Origin: Acetobacteraceae bacterium
GTDB taxonomy: Bacteria > Pseudomonadota > Alphaproteobacteria > Acetobacterales > Acetobacteraceae
DNA length: 64,000 bases
NCBI GenBank assembly: GCA_965198995.1
Contig: CBDAQG010000002.1
Coordinates: forward strand, 1,141,232 to 1,205,231
Direction of reading: 5' to 3'
The notes under the pieces are model-generated. The model saw only the letters and a list, made by a program, of their open reading frames with translations. It was not told the DNA's origin and searched no databases. Of the stretch, positions 8,856-17,947 are shown one piece after another (the stretch's first letter is position 1; every line of letters begins with the position of its first letter). The position numbers and the translations under genes are program-made.

Positions 8856-11132
8856 ATGAGCAGCAGCCCCGCTTTAGAGACGCGTCACCATGCACCCCGG
8901 CGGCCAAGGCTGGCGCATTCTGCCGACAAGCCGGCGCCGGGGCCGGATAGTCCGGAGCGCTTCATCAATCGGGAGCTGTCCTGGCTGGCGTTCAACCGCC
9001 GGGTCGTCGAGGAGGCGGAGAATGTCCGCCACCCGCTGCTGGAGCGCCTGCGTTTCGTCTCGATCAGCGCGGCCAACCTCGACGAGTTCTACTCGGTGCG
9101 CGTGGCCGGGCTGATCGGCCAGGCGCGGGCCGGCGTCGGCTCGCTCTCGCCGGACGGGCGCACGCCGGCGCAGCAGCTCGCCGAGGTGTCCGAGCAGGCG
9201 CGGCTGCTGCTCGACATGCAGCAGGCGGTCTGGCGCGACCTGCGTTCCCAGCTCGCCGAGAGCGGCATCGTGCTGTGCGGGCCGGACACGCTGTCGGAGG
9301 CGGACCGGCGCTGGCTCGACGCCTGGTTCATGGAGCGCGTCTTCCCGGTGCTGACGCCGCTGGCGATCGACCCGGCGCATCCGTTCCCGTTCATTCCAAA
9401 CATGGGGCTGGTGATGGTGCTGCAGCTGCAGCATCAGGACAGCCACCAGGCGATGCGCGGGCTGATCCCGCTGCCGGCGCTCGTCGAGCGCTTCATCCGG
9501 CTGCCGGCGTCGTACGGCCCGGCGGCAGCGGGGAGCGAGACGCCGCGCGCGGTGGCCAATGGCGGGGTCACGCCGCCATCGGCGGTGCCGATCCGCTTCG
9601 TCATGCTGGAGGACCTGATCCGGCTGTTCCTAGGGCGGTTGTTCCCCGGCTTCCGGATCGTCGGCGAGGGCGTGTTCCGGGTGATCCGCGACACCGACGT
9701 CGAGTACGAGGAGGAGGCGGAGGACCTGGTCCGCTCCTACGAGACGGCGCTGAAGCGTCGCCGGCGTGGCCTCGTGATCCACCTTGCCGTCGATGCCGGC
9801 ATGCCGGAGGACCTGATCGACCTGGTCGCCGGCGCGCTGGAGGTCGACCGTGACGAGATCGACATCCGCCAGCAGCTGCTCGGGGTGGCCGACCTCAAGC
9901 AGCTCATCGTCGATGACCGGCCGGACCTGCTGTTCGCGCCTTACACGCCGCGCTTTCCCGAGCGCATTCGCGACTTCGGCGGCGACTGCTTCGCCGCGAT
10001 CCGCGCCAAGGACATCGTGGTGCACCACCCGTTCGAGAGCTTCGACGTGGTGGTGCAGTTCCTGCGCCAGGCAGCGCGGGACCCGGCGGTCGTCGCGGTC
10101 AAGCAGACGCTGTATCGGACCAGCCGCGACAGCGCGATCGTCAAGGCGCTGATCGAGGCGGCGGAGGCGGGCAAGTCGGTGACCGCGCTGGTGGAGCTGC
10201 GGGCGCGGTTTGACGAGGAGGCCAACATCCAGCTCGCGCGCACGATGGAGAGCGCGGGCGTGCAGGTCGTCTACGGCTTCGTCGAGCTTAAAACGCATGC
10301 CAAGGTCAGCCTGGTGGTGCGGCGCGAGGGCGGGGCGATGCGCTCGTATGCGCATTTCGGCACCGGCAACTATCATCCGATCACGGCGCGCATCTACACC
10401 GATCTGAGCTTCTTCACCTGCGATCCGGAGCTGACGCGCGACGCGGCGCGGCTGTTCAACTACATCACCGGCTACGCCCGGCCGGCCAAGATGGACGCGC
10501 TCGCCTTCAGCCCGCTGACGACGCGCACGACGCTGCTGGGCTTGGTCGACCGCGAGATCGAGTTCGCCCGCGCCGGCCGGCCGGCGAGCATCTGGCTGAA
10601 GATGAACTCGCTGGTCGACGTGCAGCTCATCGACAAGCTCTACGAGGCGTCACGCGCCGGGGTGCAGATCATGGCGGTGATCCGCGGCATCTGCTGTCTG
10701 CGGCCGGGGGTGCCGGGACTGTCGGAGACGATCCGGGTGAAGTCGATCGTCGGGCGCTTCCTGGAGCACGGGCGGATCTGCGTGTTCGGCAACGGCCACC
10801 GGCTGCCGAGCCGGCAGGCCTCGGTGTGGATCAGCAGCGCGGACTGGATGGCGCGCAACATGGACTGGCGGGTCGAGACGCTGGTGCCGGTGCGCAACCC
10901 GACGGTGCACGCGCAGATCCTGGACCAGATCATGGTCGTCAACCTGCGCGACACGCTGCAATCCTGGCAGCTCGGGCCGGACGGGGCGTGGTCGCGGCTG
11001 GAGCCCGGGCCGAAGCCGGTCAGCGCGCATGACTATTTCATGACCAACCCGTCGCTCTCAGGGCGTGGCTCGGCGTTGCACGGGCCGGTGACGCCGGTGC
11101 CAAGGCGGCAGGATCGGGTGCTGCAGGATTAA
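8856..11132 (+). CDS. ppk1: polyphosphate kinase 1
   Basis: The 758-aa ORF has [49 protein letters not shown] and FGTGNYHP, and matches full-length PPK1. Confidence 0.97.
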   Translation: MSSSPALETRHHAPRRPRLAHSADKPAPGPDSPERFINRELSWLAFNRRVVEEAENVRHPLLERLRFVSISAANLDEFYSVRVAGLIGQARAGVGSLSPDGRTPAQQLAEVSEQARLLLDMQQAVWRDLRSQLAESGIVLCGPDTLSEADRRWLDAWFMERVFPVLTPLAIDPAHPFPFIPNMGLVMVLQLQHQDSHQAMRGLIPLPALVERFIRLPASYGPAAAGSETPRAVANGGVTPPSAVPIRFVMLEDLIRLFLGRLFPGFRIVGEGVFRVIRDTDVEYEEEAEDLVRSYETALKRRRRGLVIHLAVDAGMPEDLIDLVAGALEVDRDEIDIRQQLLGVADLKQLIVDDRPDLLFAPYTPRFPERIRDFGGDCFAAIRAKDIVVHHPFESFDVVVQFLRQAARDPAVVAVKQTLYRTSRDSAIVKALIEAAEAGKSVTALVELRARFDEEANIQLARTMESAGVQVVYGFVELKTHAKVSLVVRREGGAMRSYAHFGTGNYHPITARIYTDLSFFTCDPELTRDAARLFNYITGYARPAKMDALAFSPLTTRTTLLGLVDREIEFARAGRPASIWLKMNSLVDVQLIDKLYEASRAGVQIMAVIRGICCLRPGVPGLSETIRVKSIVGRFLEHGRICVFGNGHRLPSRQASVWISSADWMARNMDWRVETLVPVRNPTVHAQILDQIMVVNLRDTLQSWQLGPDGAWSRLEPGPKPVSAHDYFMTNPSLSGRGSALHGPVTPVPRRQDRVLQD

Positions 11133-11266
11133 GTCAGCAAGCGGTTCTTTTTTGAAAAAAAGAACCAAAAAACTTTTGTTACCGTAACGGTTTGCCGGTT
11201 GGATATGGATTGAATTAATAGCAGAAGTTTTTTGCTTCTTTTTTCCAAAAAAGAAGCTGTTGCTGA
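11133..11266. mobile_element. AT-rich MITE-like element with terminal inverted repeats (copy 1)
   Basis: The left end is gtcagcaagcggttcttttttgaaaaaaagaacc. The right end aaaaaagaagctgttgctga reverse-complements to tcagcaacagcttctttttt. An internal hairpin reads gcttctttttt-cc-aaaaaagaagc. A second copy lies at 22471-22620. It stands out sharply from the GC-rich flanks. Confidence 0.75.
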
Positions 11267-11275
11267 AAGGACGCC

Positions 11276-12778
11276 ATGAACCGCTGCGCCGTCGTCGACC
11301 TGGGCTCGAACTCGGTTCGGCTGGTCGTGTTCGAGGGGCGCGGGCGCAATCCGACGCCGATCTTCAACGAGAAGGCGGTGCTGCGACTTGGCCGTGGCCT
11401 GCAGGACACCGGCCGGCTGAACGAGGACGGCGTGCGTCAGGCGTTCAGCGTCATGACCCGCTACCATGCCGTCGCCCTGGCGATGGGCGCCGAGCCGTTC
11501 GAGGTGCTGGCGACGGCGGCGGTGCGCGACGCCAGCAATGGGCGCGACTTCGTCGACGGGCTGCGGGCGCGGATGCCCGGGGTGCCGATCCGCATTCTGT
11601 CCGGCGAGGAGGAGGCGGCGCTGTCGACCGACGGGGTGCTGTGCGGCACGCCCGACGCGCGCGGGCTGATTGCCGACATCGGCGGCGGCTCGCTCGAGCT
11701 GGTGCGGGTCGGCGCGGCGCCAGCGTCGGGCGACGCAAGCGGGCCGCAGCACACGGGGGCGGTGACGCTGCCGCTGGGCGTGATCCGGCTGTCGGACCGG
11801 GCGGGCGGCGACATCGCCCGGGCGCGGCTGATCGCCGAGCAGGACCTCGCCGGCGTGCCCTGGCTTGGGCAGTGTGGCGGCGAGACGCTCTACCTCGTCG
11901 GCGGCGCGTTTCGCACCCTGGCGCGGATCCATATGGAGCAGACCGGCTACCCGCTCGCCATCGTGCATCGCTACACGCTGGAGCGCGAGCAGGCCTATGA
12001 CCTGGCCGGGGTGGTGGCCGGCGCCAACCGGCGGCTGCTCGAGCGCATGCCCGGGGTGTCGCGGCGGCGGGTCGAGGACTTGCCGTTCGCCGCCGTGGTG
12101 CTGCGCCGGGTGCTGCGCGCCGCCAATGTCGGCCGCTGCGTGTTCAGCGCCACCGGGCTGCGCGAGGGCTGGTTCATGGCGCAGGTGCCGCCGGCGGCGC
12201 GCCAGCTCGACCCGCTGCTTGCCGCCGGGATGGAGCTGGCCAATCGCTTCAGCCGCAACGCCGCGCTGCCGGAGCGGCTGGTGGCGTGGACGGCGCCGCT
12301 GTTCGCCTCGGCGGCCGGCGAGTCCGACGCCCAGCGGGCGCTGCGGGTGGCGGCGTGCTGGATGTCGGACATCGGCAGCTGTGACCATCCGGAGTATCGC
12401 GCCGAGCAGTCTTACCTGCGGGTGCTGCACCAGCCCGGGGTGGTGCTTGACCATCCGACGCGGGCGTTCCTGGCGATCACCCTGGCGCTGCGCTACGAGG
12501 CCGAACCGGAGGCCGCGTTCCTCGACCCCGCGCGGCGCCTGCTCGACCTCGCCGGATTACGGGCCGCGGAGATGCTCGGCATCGCGCTGCGCCTCGCCTA
12601 CACGCTGTCCGGCGGTACGGTGGAGCTGCTGGCGCATAGCTCGATCCGGCGCGAGCGGACGCGGCTGGTGCTGCAACTCGCCGAAGGCAGCGGCGTGTTC
12701 GCCGGGGAAGGCATCAGCCGGCGGCTGGAACGGCTCGCCCAGGCGGCCGGGCTGGAGGCGGCGACGGAGGTTTTGTGA
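11276..12778 (+). CDS. ppx: exopolyphosphatase (Ppx/GppA family)
   Basis: The ORF starts MNRCAVVDLGSNSVRLVVFE and contains ADIGGGSLEL, the ASKHA-fold phosphate motifs. It is 500 aa and lies directly after ppk1. Confidence 0.95.
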   Translation: MNRCAVVDLGSNSVRLVVFEGRGRNPTPIFNEKAVLRLGRGLQDTGRLNEDGVRQAFSVMTRYHAVALAMGAEPFEVLATAAVRDASNGRDFVDGLRARMPGVPIRILSGEEEAALSTDGVLCGTPDARGLIADIGGGSLELVRVGAAPASGDASGPQHTGAVTLPLGVIRLSDRAGGDIARARLIAEQDLAGVPWLGQCGGETLYLVGGAFRTLARIHMEQTGYPLAIVHRYTLEREQAYDLAGVVAGANRRLLERMPGVSRRRVEDLPFAAVVLRRVLRAANVGRCVFSATGLREGWFMAQVPPAARQLDPLLAAGMELANRFSRNAALPERLVAWTAPLFASAAGESDAQRALRVAACWMSDIGSCDHPEYRAEQSYLRVLHQPGVVLDHPTRAFLAITLALRYEAEPEAAFLDPARRLLDLAGLRAAEMLGIALRLAYTLSGGTVELLAHSSIRRERTRLVLQLAEGSGVFAGEGISRRLERLAQAAGLEAATEVL

Positions 12779-12802
12779 GGGCGACATACAGCAAGATTTT
12801 GG

Positions 12803-13010
12803 GGAGGCCAGGGCTTTGCCCTGGACCCGTCACGCGCTCGCGTGCATCCGCACGACGGGGCCCGAGGCCCCAGACCCCGTGACTTAAGAGGCTGCAGCGC
12901 CCCAGCATCCTTCGCAAACGCTCTTAACGAAAGGGGTCTGGGGCCTCACGCCCCCATCGTGCGAAGGCACGCGAGCCGCGTGGCGGTCAAGGGCAGAGCT
13001 CTTGCCTTTT
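12803..13010. repeat. repeat cluster (A-left, C, D, D, C, E-like)
   Basis: The cluster contains ccagggctttgccctggaccc, cgtcacgcgctcgcgtgcatccgcacgacgggg, ggcccgaggccccagacccc, ggggtctggggcctcacgccccc, and finally gggcagagctcttgcc. Confidence 0.8.
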
Positions 13011-13054
13011 CCTTAACCTTTCCCGTTGTAGACTGATCACCCATGCCAACCCAA

Positions 13055-13519
13055 TCACCTGGCCTGGGCGAACATTTGCGTGGCTGCCTGGCGCACTCGG
13101 AGCTGGTAGCTCTGGTTGAGCGGCGGGGTGCGCGAGTGGTAGTCGCCGACGGCGCGCATGAGGTCCTGGGCTTCGGCGTTCAGGTCGGCGCGCAGGATGG
13201 CGCCGGCGGCGGCGATGTTGAAGCAGGGGTCGCGCGCCAGCCGTGAGCGGATAGCGTCCTCGCTCTGGCCGGTGAAGCGGGCGAGTGGGGTGAGCCACAC
13301 CGTGTTCACCTGCATGAGGCCGAGATCCTGGCTGCCGTTGGCGTTGGCGTGCACGCTGCCGACGGTGCCGCCTTCGACGGCCTGGATCGAGGGCAGCACG
13401 CGCGGCGGCAGGCCGTTGAAGGCGGCGACGGCAAGCATGCAGGCCAGATACGGGATCGGCATGCCGCCATCATGCAAGCGCGCCGGCATCGGGCAAGCCT
13501 CAACACGTCGGCGTGGCAT
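13055..13519 (-). CDS. lytic transglycosylase domain protein (SLT/IagB-like)
   Basis: The ORF has SIQAVEGG (catalytic Glu context), QDLGLMQVN and AVGDYHS. It is small, has a hydrophobic N-terminus, and is divergent from gspG. The start may be one of the internal Met codons. Confidence 0.8.
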   Translation of the reverse strand: MPRRRVEACPMPARLHDGGMPIPYLACMLAVAAFNGLPPRVLPSIQAVEGGTVGSVHANANGSQDLGLMQVNTVWLTPLARFTGQSEDAIRSRLARDPCFNIAAAGAILRADLNAEAQDLMRAVGDYHSRTPPLNQSYQLRVRQAATQMFAQAR

Positions 13520-13604
13520 TTGGACCAGCCAGTGTTGCCGCGCGGGCGCAACTGGTCCATGGCCGGGCGCCTCAGTATATCGAGCCGCAGGACGGGAGGC
13601 TTGG

Positions 13605-14042
13605 ATGGACGAGACGGTGCGGCGGCGCGATCAGCGGTCTGGCGAGGGCGGCTTCACGCTGCTCGAGATCCTGGTGGTGATCGCGATTTTGGGGCTGCTG
13701 ATCGGCCTGGTCGCGCCGGCGGCGCTGCGCCAGCTGGGCGGCGCCAAGGTCTCGGTGGCGCACCAGTCGATCGAGCGGCTGGGGGCGGTGCTCGACCTCT
13801 ACAAGCTCGACGTCGGCAGCTATCCGACCTCCGAGCAGGGGCTGGTGGCGCTGAACGAAAAGCCGACCGACGTCGACAACTGGAACGGGCCCTACGTGAA
13901 AGGCGACACGGTGCCGCTCGATCCGTGGAACCATGCCTACACGTATCGCCAGCCCTCGGAGCGCGGCGGGCACGATTATGACCTGTGCTCAGGCGGACCA
14001 AGCGGCGGCCAGGTGCCGGATCAGGTGATCTGCAATAAGTAG
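13605..14042 (+). CDS. gspG: type II secretion major pseudopilin GspG
   Basis: It reads MDETVRRRDQRSGEGGFTLLEILVVIAILGLLIGLVAP (prepilin leader plus G/FTLLE), then LDLYKLDVGSYPTSEQGLVAL, WNGPYV and DPWNHAYTY. The track ORF 13158..14042 overshoots upstream into the antisense of the SLT gene. Confidence 0.93.
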   Translation: MDETVRRRDQRSGEGGFTLLEILVVIAILGLLIGLVAPAALRQLGGAKVSVAHQSIERLGAVLDLYKLDVGSYPTSEQGLVALNEKPTDVDNWNGPYVKGDTVPLDPWNHAYTYRQPSERGGHDYDLCSGGPSGGQVPDQVICNK

Positions 14043-14053
14043 AGGTGAGCGGA

Positions 14054-14284
14054 AGGGGGCGGCGCCCCCAGACCCACATCCGTCTAGAGTGTAACCGGGC
14101 GCTTGCTTGGCGAAGCCATTCAATCGTGCTTCCCACGCCACCGACCTTGGCCCGGAGCCATGGATAAGAAATGGATTTTAAAGGCTCCGCCTTTAATGGG
14201 GTCCAGGGGCGGAGTGAGCCCAAAGGTTCCGACGGCGCAACGCGCCGTTGGAAGGGCTCACGGAGGGAAAGCCCCTGGCCTTCC
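14054..14284 (-). repeat. composite repeat element (copy 2, reverse orientation, carrying a nested module B)
   Basis: Its reverse complement aligns with 3579-3765 (ttgaatggcttcgccaagcaag, acggatgtgggtctgggggcgccgccccc). The A hairpin is interrupted by gtgagcccaaaggttccgacggcgcaacgcgccgttggaagggctcac. Confidence 0.85.
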
Positions 14285-14291
14285 TTCCCCT

Positions 14292-15689
14292 TCAGCTAAG
14301 CTCCTCACTGCCGACGGCGGCCAGGAGCGTGGGTTCGATGATTGTCGCCGGGTGGAGAGGTATTTCGCCTGAGGGGCGCAGGCGTGCGGTGACGCGGAAG
14401 GCCATGGCCATGGCGGCGAGGCCGAACAGCAGGGCGCCGGCGGCCTGGCCGTAGAGGATGCCGGCCGGGCCGAAGCGGGCGCCGTAGCTGACGAACGGGA
14501 TCGTGCCGAGGGTGGCGCGGCCCCAGTTGAACAGTGTCGACAGCAGCGGGAAGCCGAGGTTGTTGAACGAGGCGTTGGCGACGAACAGGCAGCCGATGCC
14601 GAGGAAGCCCAGGGCGGTGACGGAGCAGAACAGGTGGATGAGGCTGGCGGTGACGCCGGTGGCGGCGAATGCGCGCACCACCAGGTCCTGACCGGCGGCG
14701 AGGACCAGCCAGGCGAGGAGCACGGTGCCGAGGCTGACCAGCAGGCTCTGCCGGAGTGTGGCGCGCACCCTCTCCATCCGCCAGGCGCCGAGGTTTTGCG
14801 CCATGATCGGGCCGACGGCGCCGGTGAGGGCGAACACGATGCCGAAGGCGACCGGGGCGATGCGGTCGACGGTGACCTGCCCGGTGACGGCGGCGGGGCC
14901 GAAGCGGGCCATCTGGTTGGTGACGAAGGCGGAGCCGACCGGGGTTGCGAGGTTGGTTACGATCGCCGGGCCGGCGACGTAGAACAGACGGCGTGTGTCG
15001 GCCGCCAGCATCGGCAGCTCGAGGCGGCCGGGCAGGCCGTGCCGGCGGGCGCCGCGCCAGCCGATGACGGCCAGCACGGTGCGCGACAGCAGGGTGCTGA
15101 TCGCAGCGCCCGCGAGGCCGAGATGCAAGCCGAAGATCAGCAGCGGGTCGAGGCAGGCGGTGGCGACGGCGGCCATCAGCGTCACGGTCATGGCGCGTCT
15201 GGCGTCGCCGACCGAGCGCAGCAGCGAGGCGCCGCCCATGCCGATGCCGAGCATCGGCAGGGAGGGTGCGGTCAGCAGCACGAACAGCCCGGCCGGGCCG
15301 CGCACCTCGGCGCTGGCGCCGAGCAGGCGGAGGGCGGGGTTGCACAGCGCCACGGTGAGCCCGGCGAGGGCGATGTTGACGATGACCATGGCCAGCAGCG
15401 AGGAGGCGGCGAGGCGGCGCGCCTCGGCCTCGCGTTCGGCGCCGAGGGCGCGCGAGACGATGGCGCCGATGCCGATGCTCATGCCGACGCAGATCGAGAC
15501 CTGGAAGAAGCCGATGACGCCGGCGAAGCCGGCGGCGGCGGTGATCGTGCGGTCCTGCAGCAGCGACAGATAGAGCAGGTTGACGAGGTCGACGGCGAAG
15601 ATGGCGATCAGGCCGATGGCGCCGGTGCCGGCCATGACGACGACGTGGCGCAGGATCGAGCCTTCGACGAAGCGGGCGGCCTGTGACAC
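14292..15689 (-). CDS. MATE family efflux transporter
   Basis: The 465-aa ORF has 12 predicted hydrophobic segments. The N-terminus EGSILRHVVVMAGTGAIGLIAIFAVDLVNLLYLS is typical of MatE. The internal repeat of two 6-TM halves is visible. Confidence 0.88.
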   Translation of the reverse strand: MSQAARFVEGSILRHVVVMAGTGAIGLIAIFAVDLVNLLYLSLLQDRTITAAAGFAGVIGFFQVSICVGMSIGIGAIVSRALGAEREAEARRLAASSLLAMVIVNIALAGLTVALCNPALRLLGASAEVRGPAGLFVLLTAPSLPMLGIGMGGASLLRSVGDARRAMTVTLMAAVATACLDPLLIFGLHLGLAGAAISTLLSRTVLAVIGWRGARRHGLPGRLELPMLAADTRRLFYVAGPAIVTNLATPVGSAFVTNQMARFGPAAVTGQVTVDRIAPVAFGIVFALTGAVGPIMAQNLGAWRMERVRATLRQSLLVSLGTVLLAWLVLAAGQDLVVRAFAATGVTASLIHLFCSVTALGFLGIGCLFVANASFNNLGFPLLSTLFNWGRATLGTIPFVSYGARFGPAGILYGQAAGALLFGLAAMAMAFRVTARLRPSGEIPLHPATIIEPTLLAAVGSEELS

Positions 15690-16043
15690 GGACTGCGCGC
15701 TCCCGGCGAGGCGGAGGTGGTGATGCGGCGGGGCGCCGGCTTGGCCAGGACGGCCGCGCCCGGCTCAGATGACGCCGGCCGGCCGGGACGGCAAGGCACG
15801 GTGGCGCGACGCAACGCTGACAGCCGGTTTGTAACAACCAAAAGTTGCAAAGTTTCTCGAAATGCCAGTCAGACATCGCATCGGCGTTTTCTCGGCGCTG
15901 GCGTCAGCATTCTCTGCATCATCTTGCATCCGGCGTGGTCGCCGCCGAGTAACGCTGCCATGACCTTGCGCGCCGCGTGTGCCGCGACGGTCGAATTGCG
16001 TGCGTGGCGGCGGCAGTGGCTGCCGGCGAAGACGTTCAGGGAG

Positions 16044-16946
16044 ATGACCAACATGCCAGAGAATTTGATCCTGCCGACCGAGGGGCTCGGCCGGCGCAAC
16101 ATGATGCGCAACGTGGGCATTGGCGCGGCCGCCCTCGGGCTTGCCAGCGTCATCAAGCCCAGTGAGGCGAAGGCTGCCGCGACGGCGACGGAGCTGGCGG
16201 TGCTGACCTTCGCGCTGAACCTCGAGTATCTCGAGGCGGAGTACTACATTCGCGGCGTCACCGGCGCCGGCCTGCCCCCGGCGATGACGGGCAATGCGAC
16301 AAGCAAGGTGACCGGCGGCGCGCAGGTGACGTTCAGCACCGCCGATACGCTGCAGTATTGGGAAGAGATCACCAACGACGAGTTCAACCACGTCAACTTC
16401 CTGCGGAGCGCGCTCGCAGCGGCTGGCGGCGTCGTGCCGAACGAGCCGACGATCGACTTCACCGACACCTTCAACGCTCTCGCGGTGGGGGCGGGCATCG
16501 GCGCGGCGTTCGACCCGTTCGCCGACGAGGTGAGCTTCCTGCTGGGCGCCAGCGTGTTCGAGGATGTTGGCGTCACGGCGTATCTGGGCGGCGCATCGCT
16601 GTTGCCGGCGGGTTCGCCCTATCTTCTGCCGGCGGCACAGATCCTCTCGGTCGAGGCCTACCACGCCGGTCAGTTGCGCACGCGCATGTCGCTGTTGGGG
16701 CTGTTCCCGACGTTCCACAAGATCGCCGCGTTCCGCAACCTGCTGTCGATGCAGGCTGGCTCGCCGGCGGACGACCAGGGCATCTACATCAACGACCACG
16801 ACAACATCACGCCGACCGACGGCAACTCGCTTGCCTTCGTGCGCACGATCGACGAGGTCACCAACATCGTGACCGCGGGCAACTACCAGTCTGGGAAGGG
16901 CGGCTTCTACCCGAACGGACTGGCGACGCAGGCCGCTAGCGCCTGA
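16044..16946 (+). CDS. ferritin-like domain protein with twin-arginine (Tat) signal
   Basis: From the ATG at 16044 it reads MTNMPENLILPTEGLGRRNMMRNVGIGAAALGLASVIKPSEAKA (RR motif, h-region, AxA). It continues ELAVLTFALNLEYLEAEYY...NDEFNHVNFL...VEAYHAG, a Ferritin_2-type four-helix signature. The track ORF from 15717 overshoots. Confidence 0.8.
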   Translation: MTNMPENLILPTEGLGRRNMMRNVGIGAAALGLASVIKPSEAKAAATATELAVLTFALNLEYLEAEYYIRGVTGAGLPPAMTGNATSKVTGGAQVTFSTADTLQYWEEITNDEFNHVNFLRSALAAAGGVVPNEPTIDFTDTFNALAVGAGIGAAFDPFADEVSFLLGASVFEDVGVTAYLGGASLLPAGSPYLLPAAQILSVEAYHAGQLRTRMSLLGLFPTFHKIAAFRNLLSMQAGSPADDQGIYINDHDNITPTDGNSLAFVRTIDEVTNIVTAGNYQSGKGGFYPNGLATQAASA

Positions 16947-17049
16947 GAGCCGATCTCTGAACGGGTAAGTCTGGCGTCGGCCGGGGTGGTGACACTCCGG
17001 CCGATTGTCGTTCGGACCCCGCATGCCGGCCTGGTCCGGTAGCGAGCGG

Positions 17050-17826
17050 TCAGCGCGACCACCACAGTCGCAGCAGCCAGGCGGAGAGCGCGAGGCAGGG
17101 GCCGAAGGGTAGCCGGGTTTGGCGGCTCGGCAGCCGGCCAGCCAGGCGCAGCGACAGGCCGAGGGCGAGGCCGGCGAGCGCGGACAGCAGCAGCAGCGGG
17201 GCCAGCATCGTGGCGCCCAGCCAGGCGCTGCAGGCGGCGAGGAGCTTCGCATCGCCTTCGCCAAGTCCCTCGATGCCGCGCAGCCGGCGGTAGACGAGGG
17301 CGACCACGCGGAACGTCGTGTAGCCGAGTGCCGCGCCCAGCGTGCGATCGGTCAGCGTGTCGGGCGCTTCAAGCATCGCCCAGGCGAGGCCGAGCAGGAG
17401 CAGCGGCAGGGTCAGCAGGTCGGGCAGGATCATGTGCTCGGCATCGATCCAGGCCAGCGCGAGCAGCGTCCAGCCGAGGGCGGCGGTGCCCCAGGCGGTC
17501 AGCGGGTCGCTGCTGCAGAGGGCGGCGGCAAGGCCGATGACGCAGGCGGCGAGCTCGGCGGCGAGGGTGGCGAGGCCGATCGGGGCGCCGCAGCCGCGGC
17601 AGCGGCCGCGTTGGGCGAGGTAGCTCAGGATCGGCACCAGCTCGATCGGGGAGAGGCGGCGGCCGCAGGTTTCGCACTCGGAGCGGGTCCAGAAGACTGG
17701 CTTCGCGATGGGGAGGCGGCGGATGAGGACGCCCAGGGTGCTGCCGATGAAGGGGGAGACCAGGAGTAAGTAAGGCCAGGGGCTTTGCCCCTGGACCCCA
17801 TTAAAGGCGGAGCCTTTAAAATCCAT
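17050..17826 (-). CDS. gspO: prepilin peptidase (A24 family, GspO/PilD)
   Basis: The ORF has CETCGRRLSPIELVPILSYL..GRCRGCGAPIG (Zn-finger N-domain), IDAEHMILPD and GLGEGDAKLL (the two catalytic Asp motifs). The start is uncertain: the only ATG (17826) and the first 17 or so codons lie inside a module-A repeat. Confidence 0.88.
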   Translation of the reverse strand: MDFKGSAFNGVQGQSPWPYLLLVSPFIGSTLGVLIRRLPIAKPVFWTRSECETCGRRLSPIELVPILSYLAQRGRCRGCGAPIGLATLAAELAACVIGLAAALCSSDPLTAWGTAALGWTLLALAWIDAEHMILPDLLTLPLLLLGLAWAMLEAPDTLTDRTLGAALGYTTFRVVALVYRRLRGIEGLGEGDAKLLAACSAWLGATMLAPLLLLSALAGLALGLSLRLAGRLPSRQTRLPFGPCLALSAWLLRLWWSR

Positions 17827-17918
17827 TTGTTAACTTAACTGCCGTACGCTCCGGGGTAAATAAATGGGGTCTGGGGCCTCGGGCCCCAGCGGAGTCCAGA
17901 GGCAGAGCCTCTGGCCTT
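17772..17918. repeat. repeat cluster (A, D, E)
   Basis: It reads aaggccaggggctttgcccctggaccccattaaaggcggagcctttaaaatccattt, then ggggtctggggcctcgggccccagcggagtccagaggcagagcctctggcc. Confidence 0.88.
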
Positions 17919-17947
17919 GCTTTCTTCTAAGGGATTAACTTGGCGCT

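Noticed and set aside
13158-13604. N-terminal extensions of several track ORFs: 13158 (gspG), 15717 (ferritin-like), 19315 (gspF), 21372 (gspJ), 30349 (prpC), 38785 (membrane GT), 58180 (cupin) and 61864..63363 (oxidoreductase).
   Set aside because: The upstream parts overlap other genes or repeats and lack protein-like composition. Internal starts give canonical N-termini (prepilin leaders, a Tat signal, the GxGxxG motif). These starts often have a Shine-Dalgarno sequence or a 4-nt stop/start overlap.
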